From: Cyanobacteriota bacterium
Lineage (GTDB): Bacteria > Cyanobacteriota > Cyanobacteriia > PCC-6307 > Cyanobiaceae
Reading direction: 5' to 3'
Assembly: GCA_046052125.1 (NCBI GenBank)
Contig: JBJOMY010000002.1
Coordinates: forward strand, 224,001 to 288,000
Length of the DNA: 64,000 nt
The position numbers and the translations under genes were made by a program. Shown piece after piece: positions 10,553-21,032 of the stretch (within the stretch, counting starts at the first letter, position 1; each line of letters opens with the position of its first letter). The notes below the pieces were generated by a model, which saw nothing but the letters and a program-made list of their open reading frames with translations, was not told where the DNA came from and ran no database searches.

Positions 10553-11746
10553 GTGAAGGTTTTCGTTCTCGGCGGTGACGGCTTCTGCGGCTGGCCCTGC
10601 GCCGTGAACTTGGCCGACCAGGGCCACGATGTGTTGATCGTGGACAACCTGAGCCGCCGCAAGATCGACATTGATCTGGCGGTGGAGTCGCTGACTCCGA
10701 TCGCGACCATGCCCGACCGGCTGCGCGCTTGGGAGCAGACCGGCGGCAAGCCCATGCGCTTCGTGCACATGGACATCGCCCACGAATATCAGCGCCTGCT
10801 GGATCTGCTGCTCGAAGAACGGCCCGACTCGGTGGTGCACTTCGCCGAGCAGCGCGCCGCTCCCTATTCGATGAAGAGCAGCGCCACCAAGCGCTACACC
10901 GTTGATAACAACGTCAACGGCACCCACAACCTCCTGGCCGCCATCGTGGAGAGCGGCCTCGACATCCACGTGGTGCACCTCGGCACCATGGGTGTGTACG
11001 GCTATGGCTCCCACCGCGGCGCCACCATCCCCGAGGGGTACCTCAAGGTGGAAGTGCCCCAGCCCGATGGCAGCCGCTTCGAAGAGGAGATCCTGCACCC
11101 GGCCAGCCCAGGCAGCGTCTATCACATGACCAAGACGCTGGATCAGCTGCTCTTCCTCTATTACAACAAGAACGACAAGGTGCGGATCACGGATCTGCAC
11201 CAGGGCATCGTCTGGGGCACCAACACCGACGCCACCGACCGCGACCCTCGCCTCACCAATCGCTTCGATTACGACGGCGACTACGGCACGGTGCTCAACC
11301 GTTTCCTGATGCAGGCCGCCATCGGATATCCACTCACGGTGCACGGCACCGGCGGTCAGACCCGCGCCTTCATTCACATCCGCGATTCGGTGAAGTGCGT
11401 GCAGCTGGCCCTGGAGAACCCTCCCACCGGCGGTGAGCGGGTGAAGATCTTCAACCAGATGACCGAGAGCCATCAGGTGGGTGAACTGGCCAAGAAGGTG
11501 GCCGCCCTCACCGGTGCTCAGATCAACCATCTGCCGAACCCCCGCAACGAGGCGGTGGAGAACGATCTGATCGTTGACAACCGCTGCTTCATCGAGCTGG
11601 GCCTCAACCCCACCACCCTCGATGACGGCCTGCTCAAGGAAGTGGTGGAGATCGCCGGTCGCTACGCCGATCGCTGCGACCGCAGCCGCATCCCCTGCAT
11701 CTCTGCCTGGACCAAGACCCAGGAAGCGGCCATCCAGGCCGCCTGA
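10553..11746 (+). CDS. sqdB: UDP-sulfoquinovose synthase
   Basis: GGDGFCGWP, HFAEQRAAPYSM, HLGTMGVYG, YHMTK and DLHQGIVWG. AGGAG Shine-Dalgarno at 10541-10545 precedes the GTG start. Confidence 0.96.
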   Translation: MKVFVLGGDGFCGWPCAVNLADQGHDVLIVDNLSRRKIDIDLAVESLTPIATMPDRLRAWEQTGGKPMRFVHMDIAHEYQRLLDLLLEERPDSVVHFAEQRAAPYSMKSSATKRYTVDNNVNGTHNLLAAIVESGLDIHVVHLGTMGVYGYGSHRGATIPEGYLKVEVPQPDGSRFEEEILHPASPGSVYHMTKTLDQLLFLYYNKNDKVRITDLHQGIVWGTNTDATDRDPRLTNRFDYDGDYGTVLNRFLMQAAIGYPLTVHGTGGQTRAFIHIRDSVKCVQLALENPPTGGERVKIFNQMTESHQVGELAKKVAALTGAQINHLPNPRNEAVENDLIVDNRCFIELGLNPTTLDDGLLKEVVEIAGRYADRCDRSRIPCISAWTKTQEAAIQAA

Positions 11747-11757
11747 GGGCCGTTGCC

Positions 11758-12903
11758 TTGAAAATCGCCCTCTTCACCGAAACCTTCCTGCCCAAGGTGG
11801 ATGGGATCGTCACCCGTCTCACCAAAACGGTGGAACACCTGGTGGCGGCTGGGGATGAGGTGCTGATCGTCTGCCCAGAAGGCGCTCCCAATACCTACAT
11901 GGGCGCCCAGGTGTTGGGGGTGCCGGCCATGCCGCTGCCGCTCTACCCGGAGCTGAAGCTGGCCCTGCCGAGGCCCATGGTGTCGGATGCGCTGGAAGCC
12001 TTCAATCCCGATCTGGTCCACGTGGTGAACCCAGCCGTGCTCGGACTGGGGGGCATCTGGATCGCGAAAACCAAGGGCTACCCGCTGGTGGCCAGCTATC
12101 ACACCCACCTGCCCAAATACCTGGAGCACTACGGCCTCGGCATGCTCGAGCCCGTGCTCTGGGAACTGCTCAAGGCAGCCCACAACCAGGCCCAGCTCAA
12201 CCTCTGCACCTCCACGGCGATGGTGTCGGAGCTGAGCGAGAAGGGTATCCAGCACACCGCCCTCTGGCAGCGCGGGGTCGACACCGATCTGTTCCGCCCC
12301 GAGCTGCGCAGCGATGCCATGCGCCAGCGCCTGCTGGGGGGCCGCAGCGACACCGGTCAGCTGCTCCTTTACATCGGCCGGCTCTCAGCAGAGAAGCAGA
12401 TCGAACGGATCCGGCCGGTGCTGGATGCCCTGCCCGATGCGCGGTTAGCCCTGGTGGGCGATGGTCCCTTCCGCCAGCAACTGGAAACCCTGTTCGCCGG
12501 CAGCGCCGCCACCTTTGTGGGCTACCTGGCCGGAGAAGAGCTTGCCAGCGCCTACGCCAGCGCTGATGCCTTCCTGTTCCCCAGCAGCACCGAAACCCTG
12601 GGTCTGGTGCTTTTGGAAGCGATGGCCGCCGGCTGCCCCGTGGTGGGCGCCAACCGCGGCGGCATCCCCGACATCGTGAGCGATGGGGTGAATGGTTGCC
12701 TCTACGAACCCGATGGGGTGGATGGGGGCGCCGGCAGCCTCACCGCCGCAGCCCTGCGCCTGCTCGGCGATCCCAGCCAGCGGGAACAGCTGCGCCTGAA
12801 TGCCCGCCAGGAAGCGGAGCGCTGGGGCTGGGCCGGAGCCACCGAGCAGCTGCGTGGCTACTACCGCCAGGTGCTGGAGCCCTCTCCAGCCCTACTGAGC
12901 TAG
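11758..12903 (+). CDS. sqdX: Sulfoquinovosyltransferase (GT4, SQDG synthase)
   Basis: ETFLPKVDGIVTRL, SYHTHLP, GRLSAEK and ETLGLVLLEAMA. Follows sqdB. Confidence 0.9.
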   Translation: MKIALFTETFLPKVDGIVTRLTKTVEHLVAAGDEVLIVCPEGAPNTYMGAQVLGVPAMPLPLYPELKLALPRPMVSDALEAFNPDLVHVVNPAVLGLGGIWIAKTKGYPLVASYHTHLPKYLEHYGLGMLEPVLWELLKAAHNQAQLNLCTSTAMVSELSEKGIQHTALWQRGVDTDLFRPELRSDAMRQRLLGGRSDTGQLLLYIGRLSAEKQIERIRPVLDALPDARLALVGDGPFRQQLETLFAGSAATFVGYLAGEELASAYASADAFLFPSSTETLGLVLLEAMAAGCPVVGANRGGIPDIVSDGVNGCLYEPDGVDGGAGSLTAAALRLLGDPSQREQLRLNARQEAERWGWAGATEQLRGYYRQVLEPSPALLS

Positions 12904-14660
12904 CGAGCAGCCTTCTTCTCCGCAGGCTGGGTGCCACGGAACCAGGTGGTCATGAGCGCTTTCACCATCGGCGCCGCCACCGTCCCGCCATAACCGCCAC
13001 TGTTTTCACCGAACGCCACGATCACCAGCGTGGGCTTTCCCGCCGGGGCGTAACCACCGAACCAGGCGTGATCCGGGCGCGGCGGATCTTCGCCCGTGCC
13101 GGTTTTGCCGGCCACAGGCGGCAGATTCGGATCGTTGAGGATCGTGGCCGTGCCATCGGTCACCACCATGCGCAGGCCCTTGCGCAGCACTCTGAGGGTG
13201 GATGACTTGAGCCCGATCCAACGCCGCTCGGTGGGACGCTCCACCACATGCGGAGTGACCAGCCAACCGCCATTGGCAACGGCGGCATAGAGGCGGGCCA
13301 TCTGTAAGGGGGTCACGAGCACAGGCCCCTGGCCGATCGCTGAACTGATCGTGTCGATATGGGTCCAGGGTTCGCCGTACACCTTCTGCTTCCAGGCCTC
13401 ATCCCCCAGCAGACCGGGACCATCTTCATCCTTGAGCTCAATGCCAGTCAGCTGGCCGTAGCCCATGCGCCGGGCCGCCTTGAACAGTTCGGTTGGGCCC
13501 ACCTTCAAGCCCACCTGGTAGTAGAAGCTGTTGCTGCTCACGGCGAGCGCCATCGGGAAGCCGATCTGCCCAAAGCTGCCGTGATCGCCGTAGCACTGCC
13601 CGCGGTAGCAGAAGGAATTCATCGTGGGCAGCTTGCTGTTTTCGCCGAACTTGCCCGACTCAAAGCCCGCGATGGTGGTGACCAGCTTGAAGGTGCTGGC
13701 CGGAGGGAATCCTTGGAAGGCGCGATTGAGCATCGGCGCTTCAGGGCCACCGAGGGCCTGCCACTCCGCAGCCGTAGGCCCAGTGGAAAAGATGTTGGGA
13801 TCGAAGTTGGGCCGACTCGCCATGGCCCGGATCGCACCGGTCTGGGGATCCATGGCCACGATGGCGCCCTTACGCACACCGGAGAGGGCTTTCTCCGCCG
13901 TTTTCTGAAGCTCCAGATCAAGGGTGAGGCGCAGATCCTTGCCGGCTTTGGAGGCTTTCTCGCCCAGCACCCGCTGCACCTGGCCGGCCGCGTTCACTTC
14001 CAGCTGCTGGCCGCCCCACTCCCCCCGCAGGTGCTGCTCAAAGGCGCTTTCGATCCCGCTGCGACCGATGCGGTCCTGCATGCGATAGCCCTTACTCTCG
14101 AGCCGCTCGTATTCCTCCGCCGTGATCGGGCTTGTGTAGCCGAGCACATGGGAGCCGAGGCTGCCGTAGAGGTAGTTGCGCACGAAATCCAGATCGATCT
14201 CGGCGCCGCGCAAGGCGCTGGCCTGCTCCCTGAACCGCAGCACCTGCTCGGGCTTGAGGTTGCTGGCCAGTTCGATGCGATACCCCTCCGCATTGAGACC
14301 GGCGCGGCGCTTCTGCTCGAGTTGGTCTTCGCTAATGCCAACCACTGCACTCAGCCGCTTCCTCAGGGCCGGCCAGGCCGCAGCACTCACATCCCTGGGC
14401 TGGACATACAGGTTGTAGGGCAGGCGGGTGGACACCATCACCTGGCCGTTGCGATCGAGGATCCGGCCCCGCAGCGGATGACGAGGCACCAGACGGATGC
14501 GGTTCTCATCAGCGCGGGCCCGGTTCTCAGGGCCATGCACAAGCTGCAGCCAGGCGAGGCGCGCCACCATCGACGAAGCAAACAGCACCACCACAGCCAG
14601 CAGGATCGCTGGCTGCTGCTGCATGCCTGTATGCCGCTGTCCGCTCGCGATCAGAGCCAC
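12900..14660 (-). CDS. mrdA: Penicillin-binding protein 2
   Basis: N-terminal TM, RGRILDRNG, SxxK (STFK), SSN and KTG motifs. Confidence 0.93.
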   Translation of the reverse strand: MALIASGQRHTGMQQQPAILLAVVVLFASSMVARLAWLQLVHGPENRARADENRIRLVPRHPLRGRILDRNGQVMVSTRLPYNLYVQPRDVSAAAWPALRKRLSAVVGISEDQLEQKRRAGLNAEGYRIELASNLKPEQVLRFREQASALRGAEIDLDFVRNYLYGSLGSHVLGYTSPITAEEYERLESKGYRMQDRIGRSGIESAFEQHLRGEWGGQQLEVNAAGQVQRVLGEKASKAGKDLRLTLDLELQKTAEKALSGVRKGAIVAMDPQTGAIRAMASRPNFDPNIFSTGPTAAEWQALGGPEAPMLNRAFQGFPPASTFKLVTTIAGFESGKFGENSKLPTMNSFCYRGQCYGDHGSFGQIGFPMALAVSSNSFYYQVGLKVGPTELFKAARRMGYGQLTGIELKDEDGPGLLGDEAWKQKVYGEPWTHIDTISSAIGQGPVLVTPLQMARLYAAVANGGWLVTPHVVERPTERRWIGLKSSTLRVLRKGLRMVVTDGTATILNDPNLPPVAGKTGTGEDPPRPDHAWFGGYAPAGKPTLVIVAFGENSGGYGGTVAAPMVKALMTTWFRGTQPAEKKAAR

Positions 14661-14665
14661 GCCGC

Positions 14666-15025
14666 TCAGGCCTCCGGATGCAGCCGCTGCTCGAGCAGGG
14701 TCAGCCGATCGGAGATGCGTGCCAGGGCCTGCTGCAGTTCCTGGCGATCTTCGGGGGCCGGGGCCTCAGCCGGCACGTCGCGCACCTCTACCTTCATCAC
14801 CGGATTGCCCAGGCCCGGTTGAAGCCGATCGAGGCTCTCGCGCACCTGACGGGCTGCCATCTCCCCTTCATCCTTGAGCTGGGCCAGAGGGTCAGTAACG
14901 CCGCTAAAGGCATCGATCACATCGCGAGGCCCACCGCGGCGCACCCGCTCCGCCACGGCCAGACCCACCGGCAACACGTCTTGCATCAGCGTGAGGCGCA
15001 GGGCATCGAGGGGATCAGAAGCCAT
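14666..15025 (-). CDS. Conserved hypothetical protein
   Basis: MASDPLDALRLTLMQDVLPVGLA..., with a C-terminal coiled coil. Co-oriented with and 5 nt upstream of mrdA. Confidence 0.8.
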   Translation of the reverse strand: MASDPLDALRLTLMQDVLPVGLAVAERVRRGGPRDVIDAFSGVTDPLAQLKDEGEMAARQVRESLDRLQPGLGNPVMKVEVRDVPAEAPAPEDRQELQQALARISDRLTLLEQRLHPEA

Positions 15026-15082
15026 CGGAGCCGAGCGGCGGGGCTGCAAGTGCTCACAGTCTGGCGTGCAGAGGCGGGCTGC

Positions 15083-15694
15083 TCAGCGGGCGCCGGTTTC
15101 CACAGGCGGTTGCACAATCTGTTGCCGGCAGAACTGCTGCGATCCCCACCACCAGCCAGCGCCAACGGCCACCACCACCAGGGCCGTGAACGGAAGCAGC
15201 GCCTGGCGGGTCACGGGCAACACCATCCACTCGCTCCAGTCGCGCAGCAGCCGTTCGCGATCAAACCGACGACGCTCACTCACCTCCTGCTGGAGTCGGC
15301 GCTTCAGGGCTTTAGCCACCCAGCGCTCAAAGGCGCGTTTCTTGGTGACGGCCATCTTGCGCTCCACCTCCAGCAGCTGGCCGGGGGTGAGCTCGGGGTT
15401 GAAGGTGCTGATCAGCTCCAGGCTCTTGAGGAACATCTCAACAGCCCCATCCTTGATCACCCGCTCGTCATCACTGAGCAGATCCCAATCGAGTTCGGGA
15501 TAGAAACGCACCCTGTTGGCGCTTACCTGATCCTCAGCCAGCTGGCCGGGCTCGCGCAGCCAGCGATCGGTATTGGCATCGAAGCGGCGCCAATACAGGA
15601 ATGGGTTGAGATAGATCACCTTGCCGGCCAGCTGGATGCTGTCCTGCTGGAGGCGGCGCTGCAGCTGGAGGTCCTGCTGGGGGGCGGCGGTCAA
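15083..15694 (-). CDS. Conserved hypothetical membrane protein
   Basis: YLNPFLYWRRFDANTDRWLREPGQL and a C-terminal TM. Lies between guaA and mrdA. Confidence 0.8.
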   Translation of the reverse strand: MTAAPQQDLQLQRRLQQDSIQLAGKVIYLNPFLYWRRFDANTDRWLREPGQLAEDQVSANRVRFYPELDWDLLSDDERVIKDGAVEMFLKSLELISTFNPELTPGQLLEVERKMAVTKKRAFERWVAKALKRRLQQEVSERRRFDRERLLRDWSEWMVLPVTRQALLPFTALVVVAVGAGWWWGSQQFCRQQIVQPPVETGAR

Positions 15695-15755
15695 GGCTCC
15701 TGGGCCGGGGCCCCGAGGGTAACGGAGCCTCCCGGTTGCGGCTAGCCGGCGGCCT

Positions 15756-17351
15756 TCACTCCCACTCGATCGTGCCGGGGGGCTTGCTGGTGATGTCGAG
15801 CACCACGCGGTTCACGCCCTTCACCTCATTCACGATCCGGTTGGAGATCGTTTCCAGCAGGTCGTAGGGCAGGCGTGACCAATCCGCCGTCATGCCGTCT
15901 TCACTGGACACGCAGCGCAGCACCACCGGGAAGGCATAGGTGCGCTTGTCGCCCATCACGCCAACGCTGCGCACCGGCAGCAGCACGGCGAAGGCCTGCC
16001 AGATGTCGTGATACAGCCCTGCGTTCTTGATCTCCTCGCGCACGATCAGGTCGGCATCGCGCAGGATGTCGAGCTTGTCGTCGGTGACCTCGCCGAGGAT
16101 GCGGATCGCCAGGCCGGGACCCGGGAAGGGATGGCGGCCCACGATCTCCTCGGGAAGGCCGAGGGTGCGGCCCACCTTGCGCACTTCATCTTTGAAGAGC
16201 TTGCGCAGGGGCTCCACCAACTTGAACTGCAGATCCTTGGGCAGGCCGCCCACGTTGTGGTGGCTCTTGATCTTCACCGCCACCCGCTCACCCGTTTTGG
16301 GATCAACGTTGGTGCCAGCGCTCTCGATCACATCGGGATAAAGCGTGCCCTGAGCGAGGTAATCAAAGGGACCAAGGCGCTTGCTCTCCTCTTCAAACAC
16401 CCGGATGAATTCCGTACCGATCAGCTTGCGCTTTTCCTCAGGGTCGGTGACGCCAGCGAGCTTGTTGATGAAGCGTTCGCGTGCATTGATGTACTCCACA
16501 TTGATGTGGAAGCGCTTGTCGAAAAACTCCACCAGAAACTCGGGCTCGCCTTTGCGCATGAAGCCTTGATCGATGAACATGCAGGTGAGCTGATCACCGA
16601 TCGCCTTGTGCAGCAGGAAGGCGAGCGTGGAGGAATCAACACCCCCGGAGAGCGCCAACAGGACGCGCTTATCGCCCACCTGCCGGCGCACATCGGCCAC
16701 CGCCTCATCAATGAAGGCCGCGGTGGTCCAGTCGGGCAGACAACCGCAAATGTGATAGACGAAATTGCGCAGCAACGCCATGCCGCACACGGAGTGCACC
16801 ACCTCCGGGTGGAACTGCACGCCATAGAGGCGCCGCTCGTGGTGAGCCACAGCGGCTTCCGGGGTGTTGTCGGTGTGGGCCAGCCGCACAAACCCATCCG
16901 GCAGGCGCTCCACGGAATCACCGTGGCTCATCCACATCGTGGAGCCTTCATCCACGTTGGTGAGCAGATCGGTGGGGTCGTCCACATAGAGCGGCGCCTT
17001 GCCGTATTCAGCGCGGCCGGCGGCTACCACCGAGCCCCCCAGCTGCTGCACCATCAGTTGCATGCCGTAGCAAACACCAAGCACTGGAATCCGCAGGTTC
17101 CAGATCTCGGGATCACACAGCGGTGCGTACTCGGCGTACACCGAACTGGGGCCGCCACTGAGAATGATGCCCTTGGGGTTGATCGCCTTCAGTTCGGCTG
17201 CCGTTGTGCTGTACCCCATCACCAGGGAATACACCTCGGTTTCCCGCACGCGCCGAGCAATCAGCTCGGAATACTGGGAACCGAAATCGAGAATCACGAT
17301 CGCCGGATGACGATCGGTTTCGCCGATGGCGGTGGGGTTCACGTTGGACAT
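15756..17351 (-). CDS. guaA: GMP synthase (glutamine-hydrolysing)
   Basis: [36 protein letters not shown] and KPPGTIEWE. Confidence 0.99.
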   Translation of the reverse strand: MSNVNPTAIGETDRHPAIVILDFGSQYSELIARRVRETEVYSLVMGYSTTAAELKAINPKGIILSGGPSSVYAEYAPLCDPEIWNLRIPVLGVCYGMQLMVQQLGGSVVAAGRAEYGKAPLYVDDPTDLLTNVDEGSTMWMSHGDSVERLPDGFVRLAHTDNTPEAAVAHHERRLYGVQFHPEVVHSVCGMALLRNFVYHICGCLPDWTTAAFIDEAVADVRRQVGDKRVLLALSGGVDSSTLAFLLHKAIGDQLTCMFIDQGFMRKGEPEFLVEFFDKRFHINVEYINARERFINKLAGVTDPEEKRKLIGTEFIRVFEEESKRLGPFDYLAQGTLYPDVIESAGTNVDPKTGERVAVKIKSHHNVGGLPKDLQFKLVEPLRKLFKDEVRKVGRTLGLPEEIVGRHPFPGPGLAIRILGEVTDDKLDILRDADLIVREEIKNAGLYHDIWQAFAVLLPVRSVGVMGDKRTYAFPVVLRCVSSEDGMTADWSRLPYDLLETISNRIVNEVKGVNRVVLDITSKPPGTIEWE

Positions 17352-17385
17352 AGGGCGGCCAGCTGCTGCGGCCCGGGCAATCTCT

Positions 17386-18516
17386 TCACCCTAGATCTCG
17401 GGCCCTGAAGGCCTCCAGCAAACCAGCGCCCAGCGGGCCCTCGGCGCACACCTGCCGCTGGCGATCAAACAGCACGGCCCCCACCTGCATCCGGCTCTGG
17501 CCGTGGCGGGCCAGATAGCTGCAGCTGCGCGCCTCCACGGCCGCCGCCAGGCGCTGCTGCAGAGCCTGAGCCCCACCCGGATCCAGGGCAGCCAGATCGC
17601 GCAGCGCCTCATCCACGCTTGCGGAGCCGGCTAGCTGCTGCAGCCGCTCCAGCGGCAAACCCAACAGCGCCGCCTGGGTGGTGAGCACCTCGAGGCGGCC
17701 ATCGGCCAGATGGTGGTGGGTGTGAAAGATGCCCCCCGCCAGCTTCAGCAACTTGCCCTGGTAGCCGAACAGCAACAGGCGCTCGATGCCCTGTTCGGCC
17801 GCGGCCACCAACAGGGGCCCCACCCAGTTGCCGGCCTTGAGCAACAGCGCCGCCGGCAACCCCAGGCGGGGCGCCAGATCGAGGCCGTTCTCCCCGATCA
17901 CCAACACCAGATCCTTCGGCAGAGCCGGATCGGCGGCACGCCGGGCCAGCTCGGCGCGGGCGCTGGCCAACTGGTCGGGGTCGGCACTGCGTTGCACCGC
18001 AGCCTGGGTGCCGATCAAGGCCAGGCCATCCACCACACCGAAGGCGGCATTGCTGGTGCGCACCGCCAGCTCACGCCCCCCCGGCAGGGTGATGCGCAGC
18101 CGCAGGGCATCGCCCTGGGGCACCAATGGCCTGAGATTGCACTCCAGCAACTGCCGGGCGAACTGCGACACGCACAGCTCAGCGCTGCCGGCCTGCACAC
18201 CCACCCCCTCGCCGGCCTCCAGCGCCAACCACTGATCCGCGGCTGGCTGCCTGCACCAGTGGGCCTCCACCCACACGGGCAGGCCTCGGGTGAGATCCAG
18301 CCCATCACCGGGCTCACAGCGGGCCATCCCCAGGGCACGCCCCGCCCCCAGCCGGGCCGCCGCTTCCACTGGCACCGGCTGGAGCGGGGCCTCGGCGGCA
18401 TCGGGCCGAAGTTGAAGCTGAACCAGGGGCAAGAACGGCTGATCCAACAACTGCTGCACCGCCGCCTGGGCTGCGGCAGCCACCCACACCGGCAAGGTGA
18501 AGCCGCCGCTGGTCAT
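17386..18516 (-). CDS. cbiD: Cobalt-precorrin-5B C1-methyltransferase
   Basis: [30 protein letters not shown] and [19 protein letters not shown]. Confidence 0.92.
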   Translation of the reverse strand: MTSGGFTLPVWVAAAAQAAVQQLLDQPFLPLVQLQLRPDAAEAPLQPVPVEAAARLGAGRALGMARCEPGDGLDLTRGLPVWVEAHWCRQPAADQWLALEAGEGVGVQAGSAELCVSQFARQLLECNLRPLVPQGDALRLRITLPGGRELAVRTSNAAFGVVDGLALIGTQAAVQRSADPDQLASARAELARRAADPALPKDLVLVIGENGLDLAPRLGLPAALLLKAGNWVGPLLVAAAEQGIERLLLFGYQGKLLKLAGGIFHTHHHLADGRLEVLTTQAALLGLPLERLQQLAGSASVDEALRDLAALDPGGAQALQQRLAAAVEARSCSYLARHGQSRMQVGAVLFDRQRQVCAEGPLGAGLLEAFRARDLG

Positions 18517-18617
18517 GGCGTTAGAGACAGGGGAAAGGAAGGCCGTTTTTTAAGGTGGTGGATTGCGCCGCATCGGGCTGCGCAGCCGCCTCCAGATTCG
18601 CCCCACCAGCCTCTTCC

Positions 18618-19769
18618 ATGCAGGACAAGCTCACCCTGATGATCCCCGGCCCCACTCCGGTGCCGGAAACCGTCCTGCAGGCGATGGGACGCCACCCCAT
18701 CGGTCACCGCAGCGCCGACTTCCAAAAGATCGTGCGCCGCACCACCGAGCAGCTGCAGTGGCTGCATCAAACGAAAAATGATGTGTTGGTGATCACCGGC
18801 AGCGGCACCGCCGCCATGGAAGCCGGAATCATCAACGTGCTGAGCAAGGGCGACAAGGTGCTCTGCGGCGATAACGGCAAGTTTGGTGAGCGCTGGGTGA
18901 AGGTGGCCAAGGCCTATGGCCTGGATGTGGAGGTGGTGAAGGCCGAGTGGGGTCAGCCGCTCGATCCCGAAGCCTTCCGCGCCGCCCTCGAGGCCGACAG
19001 CGCCAAGGCGATCAAGGCCGTGATCCTCACCCACTCGGAAACCTCCACCGGGGTGATCAACGATCTGGAAACGATCGCCAAGCACGTCAAGGCCCACGGC
19101 ACCGCCCTCACCATCGCCGACTGCGTGACCAGCCTGGGCGCCTGCAGCGTGCCGATGGATGCCTGGGGCATCGACGTGATCGGCTCCGGCTCCCAGAAGG
19201 GATACATGATGCCGCCGGGCCTGGCCTTCGTGGCCATGAGCGATCGCGCCTGGGCCGCCGCCGAGCGCTCCGACCTGCCGAAGTTCTATCTGGATCTTGC
19301 GAAGTACCGCAAATCGGCCCACGCCGACAGCAATCCCTTCACCCCGGCGATCAACCTCTACTTCGCCCTTGAAGCGGCGCTGGAGATGATGCAGGCCGAA
19401 GGCCTGGAGGAGATCTTCGCCCGCCATGCTCGCCACCGCGCCGCCGCCCAGGCCGGCATGAAGGCGATCGGTCTGCCCCTCTACGCCGCAGAGGGTTGCG
19501 GCAGCCCGGCGATCACCGCCGTGGCACCCGAGGGCATCGACGCCGAGAGCCTGCGCAAGAAGGTGAAAGAGCGCTTCGACATCCTCCTGGCCGGAGGCCA
19601 GGACCACCTCAAAGGCCACGTGTTCCGCATCGGCCACCTGGGCTTCGTGTGCGATCGCGATGTGCTCACCGCCGTGGCCGCCATCGAGGCGACCCTGCAG
19701 GAGCTGGGCCTGCACAAAGGCAGCGCCGGCGCCGGCGTGGCCGCCTGCGCAGCCGCCCTGGCCAGCTGA
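18618..19769 (+). CDS. Class V PLP aminotransferase (alanine/serine-glyoxylate aminotransferase family)
   Basis: LMIPGPTP, HRS, HSETSTG, DCVTSLG, SGSQKG (PLP Lys) and FRIGHLG. Confidence 0.93.
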   Translation: MQDKLTLMIPGPTPVPETVLQAMGRHPIGHRSADFQKIVRRTTEQLQWLHQTKNDVLVITGSGTAAMEAGIINVLSKGDKVLCGDNGKFGERWVKVAKAYGLDVEVVKAEWGQPLDPEAFRAALEADSAKAIKAVILTHSETSTGVINDLETIAKHVKAHGTALTIADCVTSLGACSVPMDAWGIDVIGSGSQKGYMMPPGLAFVAMSDRAWAAAERSDLPKFYLDLAKYRKSAHADSNPFTPAINLYFALEAALEMMQAEGLEEIFARHARHRAAAQAGMKAIGLPLYAAEGCGSPAITAVAPEGIDAESLRKKVKERFDILLAGGQDHLKGHVFRIGHLGFVCDRDVLTAVAAIEATLQELGLHKGSAGAGVAACAAALAS

Positions 19770-19840
19770 TTGAGGGGCTCAAGCCCTGCAGGCAATGCCT
19801 TCCGACCTGCCTAGGGTCGGGGGGCATGCTTTGCCTCCCG

Positions 19841-20302
19841 ATGCGCCGCTCCCTCGCTATCGCAGCCGCCTGCCTGAGCCTGGCTCTGGTGGCCTGCTCC
19901 CCTGTGGAGAAGAAAAAGAAGAACAAGGTGGCCACCGAACAACAGGCCACGGTTGATATCTGCGACCAGCTGACCAAGGTGGGCGCCGCTCTTCAAGCCA
20001 GCGCCGCCCTCAAGCCCAGCTCCACCGTGGGCGAAGCCGAAGCCGCCGGCAAACAACTGCGCACAGCCCTAAAAGGCTTGAACCAGGCAGAAACCACCCT
20101 GGAGGAAGCGCGCCTGGAGGCATTCCAGAAGCAGGCCAAAGCCTTCAATAAGGAATTGAAGAAGGTGTCGAAGGAGAAGCAGCTCACCCTCGAGGAAGCC
20201 GCCAAAACCCTGAAACCCCAGGCCGATAGCGTGGTTGCAGCACACAAGGAACTGCAGGCCGCCGTTCAGTGCAACGCGAAAGCAGCCGCCCCAGCCAACT
20301 GA
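19841..20302 (+). CDS. Hypothetical helical lipoprotein
   Basis: MRRSLAIAAACLSLALVAC type II signal with lipobox, followed by a Lys/Glu/Ala-rich helical body with two Cys. Confidence 0.8.
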   Translation: MRRSLAIAAACLSLALVACSPVEKKKKNKVATEQQATVDICDQLTKVGAALQASAALKPSSTVGEAEAAGKQLRTALKGLNQAETTLEEARLEAFQKQAKAFNKELKKVSKEKQLTLEEAAKTLKPQADSVVAAHKELQAAVQCNAKAAAPAN

Positions 20303-20393
20303 TCTAACGCTCAGTTGCTATGGTTGGCCGAGCCAATCTTTGGATTCATCCATCGTTTCGGCCAACCAATCTGAAGCCCTAAACTTCAGATTT

Positions 20394-20465
20394 GCGGGTG
20401 TAATTCAGTGGTAGAATGTCAGCTTCCCAAGCTGAACGTCGCCGGTTCGAGCCCGGTCACCCGCT
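20394..20465 (+). tRNA. tRNA-Gly (anticodon CCC); CCA end not encoded
   Basis: Cloverleaf: acceptor GCGGGTG/CACCCGC, D arm ATTC/GAAT, anticodon arm TCAGC-TTCCCAA-GCTGA, T arm GCCGG-TTCGAGC-CCGGT. Confidence 0.97.
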
Positions 20466-20489
20466 TTTTAAAAACCTGATCCTTAAACC

Positions 20490-20699
20490 TCAGTTGCGGG
20501 GCTTGATCAGTTGAAGAACTTGAGGGCCAACACTGCCTGCACGGCGCTCACAATCCAGCGAACGCAGAATCAAGCGAGCGGCGCCCTCCACATCACCAGC
20601 AGCCGCTGCCAGTTCAGCCGCATCGGCATAGCTGGACGCTTCTTTCAGCAGGTCTTCGCGGCGAGCAGCAGGTGCCGGAGCCTGACGTGTCGCTTGCAT
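20490..20699 (-). CDS. Small hypothetical protein (69 aa)
   Basis: MQATRQ...ARLILRSLDCERRAGSVGPQVLQLIKPRN, helical. A TAACAT -10-like hexamer lies at 20727-20722. Confidence 0.7.
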   Translation of the reverse strand: MQATRQAPAPAARREDLLKEASSYADAAELAAAAGDVEGAARLILRSLDCERRAGSVGPQVLQLIKPRN

Positions 20700-20791
20700 G
20701 CGTCGACATTGGCTTGTCCTGATGTTACCGGGCGTGGTGGTGAGCAAACAGCCAACCACAGCCCGATGATCGAATCAGCACAGAGCCAAGA

Positions 20792-20989
20792 TCAGGTTCC
20801 GGGCTCCTCTCGGTTACCACCAAGGGCATCGATCTGCGCCCGAAGCTGCTCAACACGCTGCTGATCGCCGCGGGTGATCGCTACTGCCAGGGCGAATTCC
20901 AGCTTTTCAAGCTGATGACCACCCTCGGCAAATCCACGCTTCTGACAGGCGGGGGTTGGTGCGGTGCGATGGCTGTTGGAGAAGGCCAT
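20792..20989 (-). CDS. Small hypothetical protein (65 aa)
   Basis: FAEGGHQLEKLEFALAVAITRGD...LGGNREEPGT, a helical hairpin with host-like codon usage. Confidence 0.7.
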   Translation of the reverse strand: MAFSNSHRTAPTPACQKRGFAEGGHQLEKLEFALAVAITRGDQQRVEQLRAQIDALGGNREEPGT

Positions 20990-21032
20990 GGTTCGCTTTC
21001 TTTTCATTGTGGCACCGCTGCCAAGGCCACCG

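Noticed and set aside
12900..12903. 4-nt overlaps of convergent stop codons (sqdX/mrdA; also 26016-26019 and 27198-27201)
   Set aside because: These are common in compact picocyanobacterial genomes and are not informative alone.
20394..20490. tRNA-Gly as the attachment site of an integrated island or prophage
   Set aside because: No integrase is present, I saw no duplicated tRNA 3' end in the window, and the flanking genes are largely host-like in composition.
20466..20490. Pho-box-like CTTAAACCT downstream of the tRNA
   Set aside because: It is a single imperfect unit between convergent 3' ends and is not upstream of any gene.
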